Program-made: the position numbers and the translations under genes
The notes under the pieces: generated by a model
Databases searched by the model: none
What the model was told of the DNA's origin: nothing
What the model saw: only the letters and a program-made list of their open reading frames with translations
From: Nitrospirota bacterium
GTDB lineage: Bacteria > Nitrospirota > UBA9217
Length of the DNA: 64,000 nucleotides
Assembly (NCBI GenBank): GCA_963790205.1
Contig: CAWBNQ010000001.1
Span: forward strand, 960,001 to 1,024,000
Reading direction: 5' to 3'
Shown here: piece by piece, positions 59,350 to 64,000 of the stretch
How the letters are laid out: each line of letters begins with the position of its first letter
How positions within the stretch are numbered: the first letter of the stretch is position 1

Positions 59350-60273
59350 ATGATACCTGAGTCGATAAGCTGTCTAAAAAAGATCATGGGTGTAAAAGAA
59401 GAGCAGAAGACAAAAACAGTGAGTCATGAGAAACCCGGCGAAGCGAGCCGGGTGCTTCAGCCAGCATATACGTTGAGGCTCAAACCTGAGTCGGAGGCAC
59501 AGGCGGCGTCCGCTGAAACCGTGCAAACAACAGAAGCCCGGACTGTTCCTCTGAACATCTCGTGGAACGGCTGCACGGCGATCGGTATGATGAGAGACCA
59601 TAACGAGGACAATTATGCTTACCTTCTTTTCGGAGAAAAATCGCTCTTTGTGGTCGCGGACGGCATGGGGGGGCACGACGCCGGAGAAGTTGCGAGCAGG
59701 ATAGCGGTGGAGACCGTGTGCGAGGAAATGAGAAAAGGAGCGAAGACGGACCGCGATCCGCAGGGGCTTGTCGAGCTCGCCGTTCAGCGGGCCAATAATG
59801 AGGTGCGGCGCGAAGGCGCAAGCAAAAAGTCGGACATGGGCACAACGTTGAGCGTCGCACTGATCGCCGATAATACCGCGTATATAGCGAATGTCGGGGA
59901 CAGCAGGGTCTACTGGATAGAAAATGGATCGATCACCCAGATAACCGAAGACCATTCCCTGGTGGCGAAACTGGTCGCCGTGGGAAAGCTGACGCGGGAA
60001 GAGGCCAGGGGCCACCCCCGATCGAACCTGCTCTACCGCACCATCGGAAACGATGAGACCGTCAAGGTGGATACATTTCAAGTGGCGCTGAAAAAGGGCG
60101 GCAGCCTCCTGCTCTGTACCGACGGGTTGTGGGGAGAGGTGGCCGATCAAGAAATTCACAAAGTTTTCGCTGCGGGAAGCGATGCAAAGACCGCCTGCGC
60201 CACGCTGGTGCAGATGGCAAACGAGAACGGCGGGAAGGACAATATTACGGCAATGGTGGTGAAAGTATTTTGA
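59350..60273 (+). CDS. PP2C/Stp1-type Ser/Thr protein phosphatase
   Basis: 'RDHNED', 'VADGMGGH', 'MGTT', 'NVGDSRVY', 'LCTDGL', 'GGKDNIT'. Confidence 0.95.
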   Translation: MIPESISCLKKIMGVKEEQKTKTVSHEKPGEASRVLQPAYTLRLKPESEAQAASAETVQTTEARTVPLNISWNGCTAIGMMRDHNEDNYAYLLFGEKSLFVVADGMGGHDAGEVASRIAVETVCEEMRKGAKTDRDPQGLVELAVQRANNEVRREGASKKSDMGTTLSVALIADNTAYIANVGDSRVYWIENGSITQITEDHSLVAKLVAVGKLTREEARGHPRSNLLYRTIGNDETVKVDTFQVALKKGGSLLLCTDGLWGEVADQEIHKVFAAGSDAKTACATLVQMANENGGKDNITAMVVKVF

Positions 60274-60341
60274 GATGCAGGATATAACCAACTCCAGCAT
60301 GCAGCATGGATCATGAGGTATTGATAGAAGGAGGAATCAAA

Positions 60342-61613
60342 ATGAAAAGCGATCTGGATGTACGAAGCGTTATGAGCAAGGACTCGCTGTTGACCGTGGG
60401 TACCGAACAGGCGGTCTATGCACTGGTGAAGATCCGCCCCGGGGGCGGAACCGCGCTCGGCGAGATGCCGGCGAATTTCGCCCTGGTCCTGGACCGGAGC
60501 GGTTCCATGGACGGCGAGAAGATGGACAATGTAAAGGAGGCGGTTGGATACGTGGTGGACCACCTGAACGATACGGACCGTGTCTCGATCACGATCTTCG
60601 ACGATCAGGTGGAGACGCTGGTACCGAGCCGGTCCGCGAAGGACCGGGAAGAGATCAAAGGCAAAGTCGCCGCCGTGATCGCGCGCGGCGGCACCCAGAT
60701 ATCGGACGGCCTCAAGGCAGGCCTGGCGGAGGTGAGAAAGGGATACGCGAAGGACCGCGTCAACCGGATACTCTTGCTCACGGACGGCCAGACGTGGGAC
60801 GATGAAGACGCCTGTATGAAGCTTGCCGACGAAGCGGGGAAGGAAGGCATCGCGGTCACGAGCATCGGCATCGGCGAGGAGTGGAACGAGAAGCTCCTGC
60901 TCCAGATCGCCGAACGATCGCACGGCGACTCGCACTGGATCGAGAGCCCTCTCTCCATCCTCGACGCCTTCCGGCAGGAGGTGGAGGGCATGCAGTCCGT
61001 AACGGCTACGAACCTCAAGGTCACGGCCCGCATGAGTCCCGGGGTGAAGCCGGTAAAGGTGTACGCCACGGTCCCGATGATCGTTGATGTGAGCAAAAAG
61101 GCCGTGAGCGGAAGCAGCGTCGCAGTGGACCTGGGAGCTTTCGACGGTAAGAAGGGCCAGGCAGTGCTGATCGAGGCGCGCATCGCGCCGCAGAAAGAGG
61201 GCAGGTTCCGCCTGGGTCAGGTGGAAGCAACCTATGACGTCCCGTCGCAGGGCGCCATCGGACTGAGCGTGAAGTCGGACCTCTTTGTAACAATGACCGG
61301 CGACGCAGCGGCCGCAGCGAAGGTGAACGCCGAGGTGATGAACCTCGTGGAGAAAGTGAGCGCGTTCAAGCTGCAGACCAGGGCGCTCACCGAAGCAGAG
61401 GCAGGGAACATCGCGGCAGCCACGCAGAAGCTGCAGGCTGCGGCCACGGTATTTCTGAACATGGGAGAGGATGACCTCGCGGAAGCGGCGGAGCAGGAGA
61501 TCCTCTCGCTCAAGAAGACCGGCTCGCTCACCGCTGCGGGCACCAAGAAGCTTGAATACGGCACGAGGAAGCTGACCCGGGCGATGACGGAGAACATGAA
61601 AAAAACCGCATGA
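60342..61613 (+). CDS. vWA domain protein
   Basis: MIDAS 'DRSGSM', 'GGT', 'LLTDG'; helical C-terminus ending 'TKKLEYGTRKLT'. Confidence 0.9.
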   Translation: MKSDLDVRSVMSKDSLLTVGTEQAVYALVKIRPGGGTALGEMPANFALVLDRSGSMDGEKMDNVKEAVGYVVDHLNDTDRVSITIFDDQVETLVPSRSAKDREEIKGKVAAVIARGGTQISDGLKAGLAEVRKGYAKDRVNRILLLTDGQTWDDEDACMKLADEAGKEGIAVTSIGIGEEWNEKLLLQIAERSHGDSHWIESPLSILDAFRQEVEGMQSVTATNLKVTARMSPGVKPVKVYATVPMIVDVSKKAVSGSSVAVDLGAFDGKKGQAVLIEARIAPQKEGRFRLGQVEATYDVPSQGAIGLSVKSDLFVTMTGDAAAAAKVNAEVMNLVEKVSAFKLQTRALTEAEAGNIAAATQKLQAAATVFLNMGEDDLAEAAEQEILSLKKTGSLTAAGTKKLEYGTRKLTRAMTENMKKTA

Positions 61614-61712
61614 GCAAAGGACAGAACGTCCTGTGCGGACCACCCCTCATCACTGCCCTCCTCTGAGAGGAGGAAGGGGAGAGGGAACGTGAAAAAAAAG
61701 GAGAATATTGCC

Positions 61713-62150
61713 ATGAAATGCAAAGAATGTCAGATGGAAAACATCGAAGGAGCGCTCTTCTGTGAAGAGTGCGGAGCAAGGTTGACGGAAGAACCGGAGG
61801 TCCTCGATACCGGCGTCGAACCGGAGGTCGAGCATATGGTTCTTGCGACTTCTGACGGAAGCACGCTGGAGATCCCGGCCAAGGACGAGGTCGTGATCGG
61901 CAGAGAAGATCCGATCAGCGAAGTGTTCCCTGATGTGGACCTCACGGGCCTGGGCGGCATGGAGAACGGCGTTTCCCGGAAACACGCGGTCATTCACCGC
62001 ACGGGCGCGGACTATACCGTCGAGGACATGGGTTCCACGAACGGTACTTACATCAACAGGAAGAAGCTCCAGCCCCACGCGCCGCAGGCCATCAAGCCTG
62101 GCGACGAATTGAGGTTCGGAAAGTTGTCGCTGAAGCTAAAGGCGGCGTAG
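61713..62150 (+). CDS. Zinc-ribbon + FHA domain protein
   Basis: 'CKECQMEN..ALFCEECG'; FHA 'IGR', 'VSRKHA', 'STNGTYIN'. Confidence 0.92.
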   Translation: MKCKECQMENIEGALFCEECGARLTEEPEVLDTGVEPEVEHMVLATSDGSTLEIPAKDEVVIGREDPISEVFPDVDLTGLGGMENGVSRKHAVIHRTGADYTVEDMGSTNGTYINRKKLQPHAPQAIKPGDELRFGKLSLKLKAA

Positions 62151-62258
62151 GGAATCAACGAAAGGACGATGACGACGGGAGTTGCAACGTCGTCTCTCGT
62201 CAGCGCGAGCAGGGCGCACGCTCGTCTATCGTCCCTCGTTCAAGGAAGGGAGGCAACC

Positions 62259-64000
62259 ATGCCCAGAACATCAAAAATAGTATTCTACGCCCTCGCGGGC
62301 GCTTTCGGCGGGGCCGCGGCGTGGGTGTTCGTGCTGTTCCTGTCAAGCGTCTCCGAAGGAGGGCTCCGAACAGAGGTCCTGCTCGGCGCCCTTTCGGGCA
62401 TGTTCATAGGCGCGTTCATCTGGAGCCATGAGATGATCACAGGAAGGCAATTCAAAGCCGCGGTCAAACGCGCCGGTTTCGGCGCCGCAGCAGGGATCCT
62501 CGGCGGAGCCCTGGGTGCGGCACTGGGCAATACGATCTTCACGGCCCTCGGCAAATTCGTTGCCGATGCCGGAGGAATCCGGGCCTCAGCGGGCCTGGCC
62601 CTTGCGGTAGGCCTCGGCTGGTCCGTCCTCGGCGCAACCGTGGGCCTCTCCGGGGGTCTGATGGTGCGTTCCCGGGAACGTACCCTCTATGGACTGGCAG
62701 GCGGCTCGCTCGGCGGGCTTATCGGCGGGCTCGTGTTCTACGGCCTGTCGGCAACCTCGCTCTGGTCGTCCCTGGCAGGCTTGTTCCTGCTCGGAATGTC
62801 GATCGGGGCTTTCATCAGTCTCGTTGAAGAGGCGTTCGTATCGGCAAAGGTGAAGGTTATCAAGGGAAGGCACATCAACAGGGAGTTCCCGCTTTTGAAG
62901 GAATTAAACGTCGTGGGCAGGGACGACCGTTCCGACGTCTGTCTCTCGGGCGCGGAAGGGGTCGGCATGCACCATGCGATCATCAAACGGACGAACGGTC
63001 ATTTTGCCGTCGAAAGCGACGAGGAGGGAAAGGTCGTGTACGTGAACCAGAAAATGACAACCAGCAGCAGCCTTCGTGACGGCGATGTGATCCGCGTCGG
63101 CAGCATCCTCCTTATGTTCAACGCAGTAAGGAAGGCCGCGGCAGTCGCGATCGCCGCCGGTATCCTGTTCATCGGCCTGAACAGCTCGACTGCGGGAGAG
63201 CCGGCCCGGATGCAGATCACCCAGTTCGACCTTTCGGGCTTTCCCACGGTCAAGGCTTACGTATCCATCCTGGACAAGGACGGCAAGCCCGTGCGCGGGC
63301 TCGACCAGCGCATCCTGTCCCTCAAGGAGAACGGTCTTCACGCGGACATCCGCGATATGAGCATGGCGGGGATCAACGGACAAAAAAAAGAGCCGCTGTC
63401 AATAGCCCTGGTGATCGACCGGAGCGGTTCGATGGCAGGAGAAAAGCTGGCCCGGGCAAAGGAGTCAGTCATCAGGTTCCTTTCGCTCATGGAAAAAGGC
63501 GACCGGGCGGCCCTTTTCGCGTTCAGTGACCGGGTGACGGAACTCGTGCCGCTCACCGACAATGTCGAGTCGCTGAAGACCTCGGTGTCCGCCATCGAGG
63601 CGGACGGTCATACGGCGCTCTATGACGCCATTTCCCAGGGCGTGGATTCCCTCAAGGCGGAACCGGGCCGCAAGGCAGTGATCGTGCTCACCGACGGGAT
63701 CGCGAACCGGGGCGTGATCGACATCGCCCAGGCGATCACGGCCGGGTTCAAGTCCTACGTCTCGGTCTACACCATCGGCATCGGCGAGGACGTCCGGACG
63801 GACCGGCTCGAGCGGATCGCGGAAGAGACCGGCGGCACGTATTTCTTCACACCGTCGCCCGACAGGCTGGTATCGATCTATGAAACCATCAGCCACCGGA
63901 TCAAAAACGAGTACGCGATTACGTACGGCACGGACCGGCGCAAAGAGTTCCTCCGGACGGTATCGCTCGAACTGAAGGGCGGGCCTGTTGCCGAGCGGGC
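62259..64000 (+). CDS. Gly-rich multi-TM + FHA + TM + vWA fusion protein (3' end outside window)
   Basis: Manual translation from ATG 62259 (GGGAGG RBS): 'ALAGAFGGAAAW', FHA-like 'VVGRDD...HHAII...YVN...LRDGDVIRVG', 'FPTVKAYVSILDKDGKPV', MIDAS 'DRSGSM', 'VLTDG'. Confidence 0.85.
   Translation, partial: MPRTSKIVFYALAGAFGGAAAWVFVLFLSSVSEGGLRTEVLLGALSGMFIGAFIWSHEMITGRQFKAAVKRAGFGAAAGILGGALGAALGNTIFTALGKFVADAGGIRASAGLALAVGLGWSVLGATVGLSGGLMVRSRERTLYGLAGGSLGGLIGGLVFYGLSATSLWSSLAGLFLLGMSIGAFISLVEEAFVSAKVKVIKGRHINREFPLLKELNVVGRDDRSDVCLSGAEGVGMHHAIIKRTNGHFAVESDEEGKVVYVNQKMTTSSSLRDGDVIRVGSILLMFNAVRKAAAVAIAAGILFIGLNSSTAGEPARMQITQFDLSGFPTVKAYVSILDKDGKPVRGLDQRILSLKENGLHADIRDMSMAGINGQKKEPLSIALVIDRSGSMAGEKLARAKESVIRFLSLMEKGDRAALFAFSDRVTELVPLTDNVESLKTSVSAIEADGHTALYDAISQGVDSLKAEPGRKAVIVLTDGIANRGVIDIAQAITAGFKSYVSVYTIGIGEDVRTDRLERIAEETGGTYFFTPSPDRLVSIYETISHRIKNEYAITYGTDRRKEFLRTVSLELKGGPVAER

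Overview
Bacterial chromosomal window, moderately GC-rich. Gene content and style suggest a Nitrospirota/Desulfobacterota-like Gram-negative organism (inference only). The first half (1-28.9 kb) is accessory. It holds an AI-2E transporter, AsmA, a membrane-protein pseudogene, an RRM-rpsU-micropeptide operon, a His-less sensor kinase, an acyl-CoA ligase, a ~1280-aa mosaic secreted protein, a non-homologous end-joining (NHEJ) cluster (two tandem Ku genes, split LigD, DUF72), an apparently cytoplasmic HtrA and an L,D-transpeptidase-MurC-like fusion. A defence island (about 29.3-38.6 kb) carries a type I restriction-modification operon with a four-helix-bundle gene between hsdS and hsdR, an M48 peptidase, and a toxin-less HTH antitoxin plus SecB-like chaperone (TAC-like) remnant whose promoter and operator are intact. 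Core genes follow (DinG, amidase-GerMN-murI, folC, lptD, cutA, M23 peptidase, csp, secA), with a frameshifted DUF3373-like outer-membrane gene among them. The window ends in a PP2C-vWA-ZnR/FHA-TM/FHA/vWA phospho-signalling operon that runs off the right edge. No rRNA, tRNA or CRISPR array was seen. Product calls come from recognising motifs by eye; no database searches were run.
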